Source of the DNA: Macrostomum hystrix
Lineage: Eukaryota > Animalia > Platyhelminthes
Assembly (NCBI GenBank): GCA_950097015.1
Contig: CATNEN010000032.1
Location: 2,795,546-2,859,545 of the forward strand
Reading direction: 5' to 3'
DNA length: 64,000 nt
This document shows, piece after piece, positions 1 to 12,800 of the stretch. Within the stretch, counting starts at the first letter, position 1; each line of letters opens with the position of its first letter. The position numbers and the translations under genes are program-made. The notes under the pieces are model-generated. The model searched no databases, had not been told where the DNA came from, and worked only from the letters and a program-made list of their open reading frames with translations.

Positions 1-225
1 CCTCCTATCACTGCAGTGTTCCCTGTTTTCCCCAGACCAACAGTTGTTTTGTTGTTGTCTTCATATGAAAAAATAACACAGACCAGAGCAAAAGTGAAAT
101 TCCCATTGGAGGAGTGGAACTGAATAAACAATCGGTTTATCAGACTGCACTGACTGCCTCTCTCCCTCTCAGACAGATTTACCTGCGACAGAGTCCACTA
201 TGCAAACACATGGCGTTTGTTCACA

Positions 226-430
226 CACTAGGACCCCACGGAATTTCCGAGGACTTCCTTGCGGCAGAGTTTTGCTATGTAAAACATGGGCCTATGTACA
301 TGCACTGGGTCCCATGGAATTTCCGCGGATTTCCTTGCGGCAGAGTTCTGCTATGTGAAACATAGGCGCTATGTTCGCAAACTAGGGCCCCACGGAATTT
401 CCGCGGAATTCCTTGCGGCAGAGTTCTGTT
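226..430. repeat. ~77-bp degenerate tandem repeat, ~2.5 copies
   Basis: Core ggaatttccg(a/c)gga(c/t/a)ttccttgcggcagagtt recurs at 240, 316 and 394 (periods 76 and 78 bp). Confidence 0.85.
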
Positions 431-1842
431 AACCCATACTACTGAAGTACAACCACCGACAGTGGCTAAATAGAAGCTACAGCTAACAACCAGGTACCTA
501 CTTTATCCACTCCATCTGTACTGTCAGCTAAGTATTGATGGCCGGCCCAATTGCCTTTTCGCCTGTAAAGTGGCTAATCCACTCGATACCTGCGACTCAG
601 TCCGTCAGTCGTCTGCTAAAACAGCGCATCACTCAGCAATCAGTAGCGTTGCTGCACTGTTGTAGTTCATAATTGAATTCACGTCTAAATCTAATTATTA
701 GCAGCAGTTTCAAGCCGGAATCAATCAGCGCTAGCTTGACAGCTCTGGCCAACAACACGACAAAATGGGAGGAGTTCATGCATTTTTGAGCTGCTCACTT
801 TATACGCTCGTACCGCTCCATTTCTAGCTCAGACCAATCATCTCGAACGTTCTATGAAAATTAGAATGAAGCACAAAAGGTCTCTTTGAGACAATAGTGA
901 TCAGTGAAATTGGACATCGACTTGGCTTATCGAGGTTATCGAAGAGCTTGGAGCTTGTTGTACTTGAAGCAGCTTCCTCTAGGCCCGGGCGGAGCCAGAA
1001 ACTTTGGTTCCTGGGTGGATTCCTGGGTCGTAAAGACGGTCTTTCTGACTGTCTAAGAGTTACCAGTCCGGTTGGGCGGGTCTCGGAACCAGCACCTCCT
1101 GGTCGAAACCCCGTAGTCTCAAACCCGGTAGCTAATCAAGAAATACGAGCTACATCTGGTTCAGTCAGTTCCAGCCCAATAGGGCCCAGTTTTAAACAGA
1201 CTCCGGTAGGAAATCCACGTCTAGCTTGGTAGGAATCTTGGTAGGAGTCCGGTAGGAATCTCCATCGATTGGTGAAGAGGTGAAGGAGTGAACCGGGCCA
1301 AATAAGATGTAGAGCCCGTTCTGCGAGTATAAAGCTGATTTTCATACGTTGGGACTGAAATTGACACTGTCGAGATAGGAGCTGATTTAAAACTTTTCTT
1401 ACGAAGTACTAAAGCTTTTTGATACGACGTCATATGTCTTTGCGCGACAACCACATACTCGTACCTCGTAACTATGCCATGATTTATTTTAAACGGCTAG
1501 CAAACTTGACAAAAACTTCTACTACTAGTCTTTAGGCGGTTGCAGATATGAGCACATGATCTATCAGATATAAGTTTGGAACGAAGGAGCGGAAAAATAT
1601 GTAGTTGCAGCCAAAACTTGATGCGTGACAAACATTTTTTAAACTTCGAGGAACCCACGAGCAGTCGGAGCAGCAGACGTCATTTTCCTAAGAAAGAAGA
1701 ACTGCTCCAATCACATGGCATAATATACCTGTTAAACAGGTGGAGTCTCTGCCCTGTAACACGATGCCGATCTTGAATCAGAAAAATCTGGTGATTTTTT
1801 GTTTAAAAAGAAGCTACGACGCTCAGTGTTTCTGACGGCCAA

Positions 1843-4800
1843 TCAGTGCCGATGCTGCGAGTTTGTCGCCGCCGTTTCCGCCCGCCGTTGTCTGCGTTTC
1901 TGTCGTTTTCGACGTCGTCGTTTTTGTTCGGCACGACGGGAAGCCTTGGATGACTTCGGCAACGGCTGGGGCGGCGGCTCCCGTCGAGCAATGATCCCAA
2001 GTCGTCGGCCAAGTCGTCGGACCTTCTCGATAACCTCCTCCTGCATCAGTTTGAAGCACATAGCGAATACTGAGAGACCGACGGCCACGTACAGAGTGGT
2101 GGCGATGAGCTTCTCCTTAGGGTTTTGCGAGTCCACCTCAGTGCCTGCGGGAATATGTAACCCAGCTGTGAAATGGGTGCCATGGCATCAGCTGGGGTAG
2201 AAATTGGGCCGACCTTCTCAGTCCACGGACTGAGCAGCTGTACACAGCCTTTGGAAGCCGTGTGCAGTAGCTGCGGCTGTGGCACTGGCTGAGCATCAGG
2301 CGCAACTGGTCTTTGTGTAGTTAGTATCTGTCTTCCACATACTTTTACATCTTATTTAGCGAGAACGATTCTCCCTCTTTCATGAGAAAAAAAGAGTTAT
2401 GTGGCGGGCAATAAGTTTTGCCAAATTTGTATGTAAGTGAAGACTTGACTAGGAGTTTGGGGTTAAAGAAGGTGTAAAGAGCTTGTTAAGAAAACACAGC
2501 ATGAATTCAATAAAAAAATGGCGTCAACGTCTTTCTGTCTCCGCCGGGGCTCCCAAGAAGCGCTTAGAAGACAGTTTCAAGTTTTAACGACACAATTTTT
2601 TCTACCTTCCACCTTCTTACAGGTAAAAGACAATTAACGCGAAGTTGGTTAGCATCTGTCCAATTGTCTCCAGGCGTTATCGGGCTGGCAAGAGAGTGAG
2701 GTAGAGAGTGGTTGGCCTACTCAAGCTGGCGCCATACGTCTTGGCTGGAGTTGACAGGAATTCTCAGCTCCCATGCAGTGTGGGAGAAGTGGAATTGAGG
2801 AAAACGACAGTCTGTGGAAAATACTAGGAAATAGCCTTGACGACTAAAAAAGAGACTGCTTGTGGGATGGGTGGGAAAAGAAAGTCTAGCCTAGCCAGCA
2901 TAAAGCAGCTCGTTCAAAGCACCTTGGGCAATCGGCGTCTAGAATTTCTATTTGCCATCCTGCCGCTGCTTCTTCGCGGCCAAGCGGAGATGCGATAGTC
3001 TCAAAATGCGCTGGTGCAAGTATGTGCCGGGGGGCAGTTGATGCTACAGTCCGTTCGCGATGCCTTTACTGGACAATATTAGGCCCGGAGATTTAGGTAA
3101 ACACATGGCGGGAAGAGTAGGAAGGGAGGGCGCTCCTACCAGGCACAATGTCGCCGAATCCGATTGTGCTGAGCGTGATGAAACAGAAATAGGACCACTT
3201 GATGTAGTCTGCCTGCTCCCAGATGGTGAATAGAAACGAGCCGAAGATCACATAGCCCAGCATGACAGTCAGCGACAAGCTGAGCGGCACTGTCACCTGG
3301 CGCAGCTTCTTGTCGTGCGGACCGCGGCCGCGACTCTTGCGCGCTTTAACATAGTCGTAGTAGCCTTTGTAATTGTCGGTGCCATTGTAAGCCTCCAGCG
3401 AAGATAGAGAAGAACTCGAAGACGAGGACGAGGAAGAGTCCGAGTCGATGGACGATCCGGATGGGCTCGGCAGGGTGATGTAGCTGATTGTTCGTGTTAG
3501 TGGCTCCACGACAGCTGAGGCAGCTGACGTCTGAGCCTCGGAGTCGTCCTCGTCCAGCGGCTCCGCTTCTTCTGTCAGCGCCTGGTCGATGTTGGCCCAA
3601 TCTACCACCGGCGCCCGGCCAATCCCGGTAAGAGAGTCTGGCACTGTCAACGACGGAGCCAGACAATCTCGACGAGCTCGAAACGGCGATGGTGTCGACT
3701 GGCTTCGAGCGAGTCGTCGCTGATGAGGCGCGAGTCGCGATGTGCGGATGGAAGACAAACTCGTGAAGCGCCTGTTTTTGTGAATGATTCAGAGTTAAGC
3801 TTGAAAATTGGAATTCAAAGCGAATATTTTCATCGCTGTTTTACTGATAGACGCTTCATGCTTTTTAATATATGACCCGATCAACAAGCAGCGACTCTCA
3901 AATCAAATCGTCTCATAAGCAGCTTACCTCGTCGGCGAATCTTCATCAGACTGGTGCATTGGCTGTCGGTGACGCGTCGCCGGAAGAAGGCGAGCCACAG
4001 CTAGGGCTCGTCGTGCCCCTCGAATGTCGCTACTTGCAGTTGCTGATGATGCCGCCGTCATCGGTAGATCGTCGACAAATAGGACGCGGCCTGTGCCAGC
4101 CGGAGTGGACCAAGCGGCCATCAATGGTCGCGCGAAATCTGTCTTGACCCGGATGATGTCCAAGCCGTCGTTGGTTCGACGTCCCGTAGAGGCCGAGACC
4201 AGCGCTCCATTCGCTTGTGACGTTCCTGCAGATACTGCCGCTGCTGCTGCCGCAGCGGCTGCGGCTACCTCGGCTGGCCCGCGCGGTTTTACTGAGCACA
4301 GACGAAACTGTTTCAAATAGGGCCGGCACATTGTGCTATAGAGCAGTCGGAATCCGTCGGCCAGGTAGTCGCCAATGTTGTTCAGGTAGAGGAACATCAG
4401 GGGAATGCCAAGGAAAGCGCAAAACATTGTGGCGATCATACCCTGCCACGTTTTGGGAGCTGCGTGACCGTAGCCTGGCGATTTTTAGGTGAAATCATGG
4501 AAAAAATTAGGCTCGGTATTTGGAAAAGATGACGAAAGGAATATTTGGAAGCTCCTGCTTTTAAGAGAGATCCTTCTCCTCTATTCGATGACCAAAAAGT
4601 AACGTGCTGTGGACGATTGAAATCTAATCTAAAGGCTTTTTTGCATTGCTATCAAATGACTCGTTTTGTTGTACATTTATTTGAGTTCAAATGAATTGGG
4701 TAATAAAAATGTACACGATCATGCATTCCGTCCTCATTCGATGGCTGCGTGAGCGAACCTATAGTCCTTCGTTTGGACCGTCCCAAAGTCTTTAATAATT

Positions 4801-7800
4801 AAACCTTAAATTTTTTCTCCTAGTCATGCTTCATGCTAAAAGCTTGAGTTACGCTAATCCCTCTATTAGCTTAAGTACTTGCTTATTAGCTTAATTGTTT
4901 GTTGAAGCTCATCTGTTTTATGCAACAAGTAAAGCCCTTTCGGCTGATAAGGCAGCTAAATTAAACTTTACTATATCAATGGATGTCAAAAGTTGAGTCG
5001 GTCCAACTCAAAGACCAGTCTGTGACTGGTAGCGCATGTGATTTGATTTGACAGGCCAGGTTGCAATGGCTGCTATGTATTCTACTCGTAGACATTTTCG
5101 GCCTGATTTTGTCGATAGGGAAACGCGATTCCCTCGGGCAGTAATCAAAGGTCATTAACGATAATGGAGTGGCATCTTTCAATATTAACACTGCACACTT
5201 GTTGATTCTGCTTCTGCTGCACATAAGTGGAAAATCTCTTTACTCGGCTGAATCGAAGCTAGACAATTCGAAGATTTGCTCTTGTGCTGCAGGAGTACTT
5301 CAAGCGTGTGTGTAGCATATGTGATGCGTATGCAATCTCACAGTACAAGCTATATGCTGCCAGCCACAGTGAGTAAGCTGAGATTTTTCCCACGCGGAGA
5401 TTAAACGGCCTAATTTCTGCTATCGTGCTTTGTCTGGAGTTAATTAACCGACCCCCAAATACAGCTGAGCAATCAATTAATAATGCCATTCCGCTTAATT
5501 TTGTACCTGTACCAAACTCACGCAGCGAAATCGCTAATTGACTATCTTAAAGTGTTATAACTGAATAAAAAATTTAATCGACTGTCGCTATGAATTGAAT
5601 AATTGAGTAAGCTGCTGGAATTGATGTTAGCAATCAGCAATCAGGCGGTGCTGGAAATAGAAGTCGTATAGCTCTACCCAGGTGCACGCAGGTGATCTGA
5701 ACAATATCACGGACTAGAAACCTGATGCTGCTAACTTGTATCGACGATTTGTTACTCTCTTTCTCACTTTCTCTCGCCTCCAAGCCAACTTCCCAATTTT
5801 CTACCGGCTTCTCCTGTTCTCTCCTGCCGAGGTCTTTAACTTTGAGAATGTTTAACAGAAGTCGTATCTGAGACTACAGCTATTGGGACTACTCCCAAGT
5901 ATGTCTTACAACTGCAGTCCCTTACAACTGCTACTCTCGGAGTCATGTTCGGAGCGAGAGTGAAAGCTGCCAGATATCGATTTCTAATGCTGCTGTTGAC
6001 ACTGCAATTTCTGGCCCAGAAAATTGGGGTCAGTGTCTCAAATTCGGGGCTCAGGCTCAATGCCGCAGCCAGTCATTATTTTCCACCTGCGAATGATGGA
6101 AAGGCGTCATTTTTTATATTGAAGCAGAGAGCGAGGTTGGTCATGGGCTCAATCTTGACCGACACTGCTGCATCACTAGTGCTAACGGCTTCTGGGTGGC
6201 CGGAACAGGGAGTGTGAGGCTTTAAGGACAGAACAATATGAAAAGGGAGTGTGAAGGTGTGGAGATCGGGGCAGAACGGATTTGCGGATGAGGGTGCTGG
6301 CGCTGCAGATTTTGCGGCCAGTGTCAGGAGAGCAATTATGAATTATGTAAAAAATACTGTAAAAAAATTGCATAGTCCGGCCGCGAGAGCTAATGGAGAT
6401 GGTTGTGCTTTCTGGACCAATGTAGACCTTTCTGAGCTCCTCTGTGCACTCAGGAACCAGCCCTGCTTCTGACTTTCATTCAGAGTAATATCGGAAGCAC
6501 TAGTGTACATAGCAGTGATAGATCCTTTACTGAGTTCTTGAACACTACAAATTAACGAAATTAATTTTTTTTCGTTTTTGCAAAGGATCGATTCCCAGTA
6601 GATAAAAAATAACTATTGAAGCCTGTTGCCTACTCGCTAGCCAACATGAGTGGCTCCCATGGCGGCATTCCAATCATCAAAGACCCCAGGAGCCGAACAG
6701 CTGCGTGCTCTGCCCGAGAAATTCTTCTGAGGAGTGTCAGAGTTCAAAATATCGAAGACCCAAGGCTCTTAGGCTCTAAAAAATTACAGAATTTCGCCAC
6801 TGATCGAAGTGTGTCAGTGTCCACGGAACTGCTTCTCCCGTGTGAAGAGAAATCAGGAAACTCTGGGATTTTCTCTATACCCACGGAGAAAATTTAATGA
6901 TGGGATCGAAGGAACACTTGCTGGAGAAGATTATTGCAGCAATTGGGATATTTCTGTTGGATTATTGAAGCGGGGGATGTCTGTAGAGAGTGGGACCCTC
7001 CTTGTTTGTCCTCAGAATGGAGGCCGCGGTTGTTGGGGGGTACAACTGGGCAAACATGCCATGATGGAGAAAGAGAATGCCTAATTCTGCACTTTCCACA
7101 TTCAAGAAAATTTGTTTTCACGTACTGCGTCTACGTGATAGACGTCTCTCTTGTAGTTTTGTAAATATAGGCCCTGTTGCAGCTCATTTTATAGACGAAG
7201 GATGAAAAAGTACCCATCAGTGTTAGGCGCAATACTAGCAACAGCACCATCAACAATGCTAGATCAAAGTGAGAAAGATGAAGCTTTCTGCACTGCCACG
7301 ATGTCCGAACCCGAGGCAGAAGCTAGAATGTCTATTGTTGCAAGTTCGTGCTGCACAATCAGAAATGTACAGGGCATTTGTACAGCCAGCATGCATGTTC
7401 TAGTAAACATTAACTCAACATTGAACTTTCAATTCGCTCGTACGATGCCAATAGCTTGTCGAGCTATTAGTCAGACAAACGCCAACAATAAAATTCCCTC
7501 ACAAGCTTTCAAGTCTGTTTGCAATCTTACCTATAGTGGTGATAACTGTCACCACAAACAGAATCGCCCCGGCGAAGTTCCAAGTGTAGTCCCGCTCCGA
7601 CAGGCTTCCATTCCATCCGTCATCCTTCACAAACACTGTCACGTTGGCAACGATTCTGGCCACGATTTCGTTGAGCAACCTATGCTGGCTCAGCTGGTTC
7701 ACTTCAGCGACTGTAGCCGCATCCGACAAAGCTGCTGCCACTGGTGGACGATGGCCAGAACTGCTGATGTTGGACTGCGCTGTTGTCTCAAATGACTCTG

Positions 7801-8302
7801 TAGTTGTTTTCGATGTGGTTGCCGTGGTTACTGGCGGTCCAGCGCAGACCAGCTTCAGCTCCTCGAGCCAGGCTGCTTGCTGACTGCGTACTCGCTCTTT
7901 CAACTGACGCTCGTGCGGCATTTCAATAGCCTGGAAGATCAGGCCACCCACGAATGTGTAAGCCACAATCAGGCCTGACAGGCCGATGTGGCTGAATACA
8001 AAGGCAACGAATCGCTTGCAGAAGACTTTCGTCTGGCGCAATCGCCGGCGTCGGCGTTCGCGCCGCTTAAGCTCGCGTCGCTCCTGACGCGAGAGCTTCT
8101 GGCGTCGGGACACTTGAGGCGCCATCTTGTTCCCTTGATCGTCTTCCACGGTTTCAGTTTGGCCCATCTCGGTCTCCTGCTCTTGCTGCTGCTGCTGCTG
8201 CTGTATTCCCGACGCATAATGCTGAAAATCGACAATTGAAATCTGTGTTTCCGATTCCACTATCATTTTAGCCGTTATTTCAGTTTTGACAGAAGCAGCC
8301 AT
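1843..8302 (-). CDS. Two-pore-domain (K2P/TWIK-family) potassium channel, 4 coding exons
   Basis: Model complement(join(1843..2144,3140..3771,3928..4474,7531..8302)); all junctions GT-AG and in phase. It encodes M1 (FSHIGLSGLIVAYTFVGGLIFQAIE), P1 (WNFAGAILFVVTVITTIG|YGHAAPKT), M2 (FCAFLGIPLMFLYLNNIG), M3 (LSLTVMLGYVIFGSFLF), P2 (YFCFITLSTIGFGDIVPG) and M4 (LYVAVGLSVFAMCFKLMQEEV). Confidence 0.93.
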
Positions 8303-9855
8303 TCGGAAGACTTGAAGATCCCTTGTAGAATCCAATAATTCGAACACCAAGCTGACATGTTCAGACGTTTATCATTGTGGAAGCGGAACATGAGAGCCAT
8401 TAAATCGTATACTAATCCGGGTTCGCTTTAAGTTTCACTAAATTTTTTTATAACTAAGCAGGTCTGGCGATGAGCCAATCAACACTCTCAGTGGCTCCGC
8501 AATGCTAAATGGCCCAATAGAAATGTCGCATTCTAAATTTAGCTCGCAGCCGAAAGTGGCTCGTTTTATTCACTCTGAAGTCGTCGCTGAGAGGACTTCG
8601 ACCGGGTTTGTTTAAGCAAATAGACCAGGCAAGGGGCGTAAAGTTATAGCCAATCTGTCAAACTGGGGTCGAGAATTGCTACCAATTTTTTCACTTTACA
8701 TACTGACGCCTGACATTCGCTCGCACAAAGCGAGAATTGTAAGCTGGTGCAACGACTTTGTCTGATCTCTGCCGTCACGAAATGTTGAACCGATCAGAAG
8801 TTGAACTGACTGGTTTAGGCGACACACCGGATGGCTAGGCAGAATGGCAAAACGAAGGCAAGGAAAATTGATGAAAAGTGTGCAAAGCGAATAAACACAA
8901 ACACAACCAGTACACGGCCCACCAAACTTACAGAGTCGCATATCTGCATAATATACTGATTGCCTACGAGGTGAATTTTTATGACTGAAGTCCGACCAAC
9001 CCGCCCCTGTCCGGACCGTTGTGCAACAAACACCGGGCTCCCTGCTGCGGTGGTGCGCCGGTTATTGCAGAAATCGGATAGAGCAGAGAAGGCAAAGAGG
9101 GAGCGAGGGAACTAGAGTTGATGGGGATGCATTGGGGAAGGCGGGAATTGCGTGTGACCCAGTTTGTGTCGGTGAAGGGACAGACCGCGGCAGCGACTCC
9201 ACTGCAAAGTTGATGCATCGGCGAGCTGACTGTCATCTGGTGCCAATTCAGTCACGCGCACGGAAAGCTTGGAAATAGCTTTCATTTTACCCTGATTCAT
9301 CTTAAAGAAACAGCACTTGGCGTCGGTCCCGGTAAGGGTCTGCGAAGTTGCTCATGGTCGCCAGGGACAAGCATGAGAATGGCTAGCGAGGCTGCATCTT
9401 ATCTCGCATCATGAAAACTGTTCGAACTGTTCTCATGGAACGACTAGTTTTCTAAATTTCATATTGTATCTATACTACTGTAAGTAATATCATCGAAATT
9501 CTAAAATATGTCGTAGGTTCAGCAAGTAGTAGTAATAGACAAACATAAAAAAACCTATAAATACTCACTGTTTTCTTCATAATAGAGTGACAGAAACAGT
9601 TTTGCAGCGAACTTTCACCTGTGCGTCGTGCAGTTTGATCAGTTTGAGCAGTTTTAGATTTAAGAAAGATAATTTCTCTTATAAAATACGAAATAATGTG
9701 CACTCGCGCAGATCGTGACATAGATTGCGCCTAGCTTATCAGAGAGCTCCACAGCGAGCTTATCAGTTAGCCTCTATTAATTTGAGAGCTGCTTTTCTGT
9801 TACTGTATTTGTTATAATAAACTGAATTTTCATTCAGTGTAGAAGGGCCACAAGC

Positions 9856-12800
9856 ATGACGGGCGGCGGAAAATGCCGGACCTTCTTGAAGGAGAACCTG
9901 TTGCTGATCAGCACCCTGTTTGGTGTCGGTGGCTGGCATCGGGCTCGGCATTGGGCTGTACTTCGCCAAGCCGGACGACACCTGGCTGCTGTGGATCGGT
10001 GCGTGACTGTTGGGCGTGCCTGAGGGATTCATGTATGTTGGAGGCCCAGGACTCCTGACCAGGAGGTCGGTGAAAACCAGGGAAATATTCAGGTAAGAAA
10101 CATGAGATGAGGTGCGATGAGGAAAGCTGAGCATTCCTAGCTGCCTTCTCTAGGGTTTCCTGGCGAGCTGGTGCTCCGTGCCTTCAAGCTGCTCATCCTG
10201 CCACTTGTGATTTCCTGCGTGATCAACATCACTGCCAGCAGCAGCATTCGCGCTAACGGCACCATGGGCGGCCTTGCAATGCTGTATATCGTCACTACCA
10301 ACTTTGTGGGCGCGCTTCTCGGCCTTCTGTTTGTAGTGCTTATTCAACCCGGTAAGGCTGGAACCTAGGACTGCGTGCTATGCACTGGGCTCAAGCCAAG
10401 CACCCATTCCACGACAACCACCCTGCTCACGCCAGGCACCCAGCCGACACCGAACACCATCCAACACCGAACACCATCCAACACCAAACACCATCCCACG
10501 CCAAGCACATTCGCAAAGCAGCCACCAACACACCGATTACGCAACTTACGCCGAAATACACACACAAAGTTCATAGCAATGCAGGAATTTTAATCATATA
10601 ATCAAAACTTCAGGCTCCTCAGGTCAAGGTGGCGGTGGTGGTGGCAGCGGCGGCGGTGGAGGTCCCCCAATCAGTCGACTTACCACTTCGGACATCCTGA
10701 CAGATCTGTTTAGGTTTCTATTCCCTGAAAACTTCTGTCTGTAACTTCAAGACTAAGATATTGACTAGTACCTGTGACATATTATCTGTTGGTGTCAAAT
10801 TTCAGAAATCTCATACCTGACAACATCATCACAATGGCGTTTGAGACGGTAGCCTCTTTATTTCGCTTTTATCGATCTGGTATAAAGAGTCGCTGACTAA
10901 TGAACAATGTACTATTTTTCTCAGAGTCAGACGGTGTACATGCCCCAGCTAAGCAACGGCAGCACTCTTTACGTTCGGCAAAACGGCACCAGCCGGGGCA
11001 TGAACATCCTGGGCGCCCTGTTCGTTAGCGTACTGTTCGGCTTGGCCACCTCTGGCATGGGCGGGCGCGCGAGCGAGACATTTCGAGAGTTTTTTGACGC
11101 CGTCACCGGAGCTACGACGCTGCTATTGAGCAAAGTAATTTGGTGAGGCTCGTTGCTCCTGTTATGACGGTGCAGAGCATGATTCGAATATCCATGACTG
11201 TTGAAGCTCCTGTTATGACGGTGCAGAGCATGATTCGAATATCCATGACTGTTGAAGCTCCTGTTATGACAGTGCAGAGCATGATTCGAATATCCATGAC
11301 TGTTGAAGCTCCTTTTATGACGGTGCAGAGCATGATTCGAATATCCATGACTGTTGAAGCTCCTTTATGACAGTGCAGAGCATGATTCGAATATCCATGA
11401 CTGTTGAAGCTCCTGTTATGACAGTGCAGAGCATGATTCGAATATCCATGACTGTTGAAGCTCCTGTTATGACGGTGCAGAGCATGATTCGAATATCCAT
11501 GACTGTTGAAGCTCCTGTTATGACGGTGCAGAGCATGATTCGAATATCCATGACTGTTGAAGCTCCTGTTATGACGGTGCAGAGCATGATTCGAATATCC
11601 ATGACTGTTGAAGCTCCTGTTATGACGGTGCAGAGCATGATTCGAATATCCATGACTGTTGAAGCTCCTGTTATGACAGTGCAGAGCATGTGTAAGAGCC
11701 GGCGAAATTTAGATTGTCAGAAAGTACGCACGAGTTTATTTGGCATAACGATTCAATATATACGAGCAGGGCAGTGATGAGCACGATGAATAATAAAATA
11801 GGCTAAAGCCAGCCCCACCCCCAAGCGGGTGAAAGGCCGACGCCATGTACATTTAGACCAATCAGACAAGACGAGCCAACGCACAACACACCACGCAGGA
11901 ACCCCACATTACTCTCCCCCAAGAAAAGCGCAAGGGGAAGCAACAAAAAAAGGCAATAAAACACAACGAAAAAAAATTCAAAATGCATAACAAAAATAGT
12001 CCAAAAACTACAGTCCCTGTCACACAGTACCTAACTTGGCTACCAAGACGCTCTGAAATAGTCAGGAGGTCGCCGCTGCCTTCCTGAGCGACGGGGCCCT
12101 CCCTGACACTCGCCAGCCGCGGGCTCGCGCAGCAACTCCCAGGTGCCAGGGCCGTCCAGCTCCGGGTCGTGGCTCGCGTCAGCGGCTGCTGGAAGGGCCG
12201 CCGGCTGGCTCGCCGGCTGGGTCGCCGGCTGCGCCGCCGGCTGGGTCGCTGCGTTGTCAGTTCGGCTGACGAACGGCTTCATTCGATCATGGTGCACCAA
12301 TAATTTACGCCTGCCGTTCTCGGAGCGCACTCGGTAGTTCACGGGGCCGACCTTCTTGATGATGGTGTACGGGCCGGACCACCTGTTCGATAGTGACTTA
12401 CACTGGCCGCGCTTCATCGCCTGGTTCGTCAGCATCACCAGGTCCCCGACCTTAAACTCGACAGTCTCGGCGCCTCGGTTGTAAAACGCGTGCTGAGAGC
12501 TTTGAGCTGATTGCAGATTCGCTCGGACCACCTGAAAGCCGCGTCGGATTCTTGCCTGGATGTCCTCGCAGCTCCTCGGCAGGTCCTGTTGCCCTTGGAC
12601 ACCGAGCAGCAGGTCTGCGGGCTGTCGCGGCTCCATGCCCCGCAGAACCTTGAAGGGCGACTCGCCCGTAGAGCTGTGCGCCGAGCTGTTGTAAGCCCAC
12701 ACAACGTAGGGTAGCAGAATGTCCCAGCTGGTCTGGTTCGCTGCGCAGAAAGCTGACAGCATGTTGCCTAACGTTCGGTTGAACCTCTCGACGTTGCCGT

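Noticed and set aside
7202-7795. 197-aa plus-strand ORF
   Set aside because: Half overlaps K2P exon 1 in antisense and half lies in its intron; no recognisable motifs.
10365-10601. T/P/H-rich ORFs in SLC1 intron 2
   Set aside because: C/A-rich low-complexity sequence with ~17-bp repeats; the SLC1 model splices cleanly around it.
11112-11777. ORFs of repeating MTVEAPVMTVQSMIRIS / MDIRIMLCTVITGASTV
   Set aside because: Translations of the 51-bp intronic minisatellite (unit divisible by 3, no stops); no independent coding evidence.
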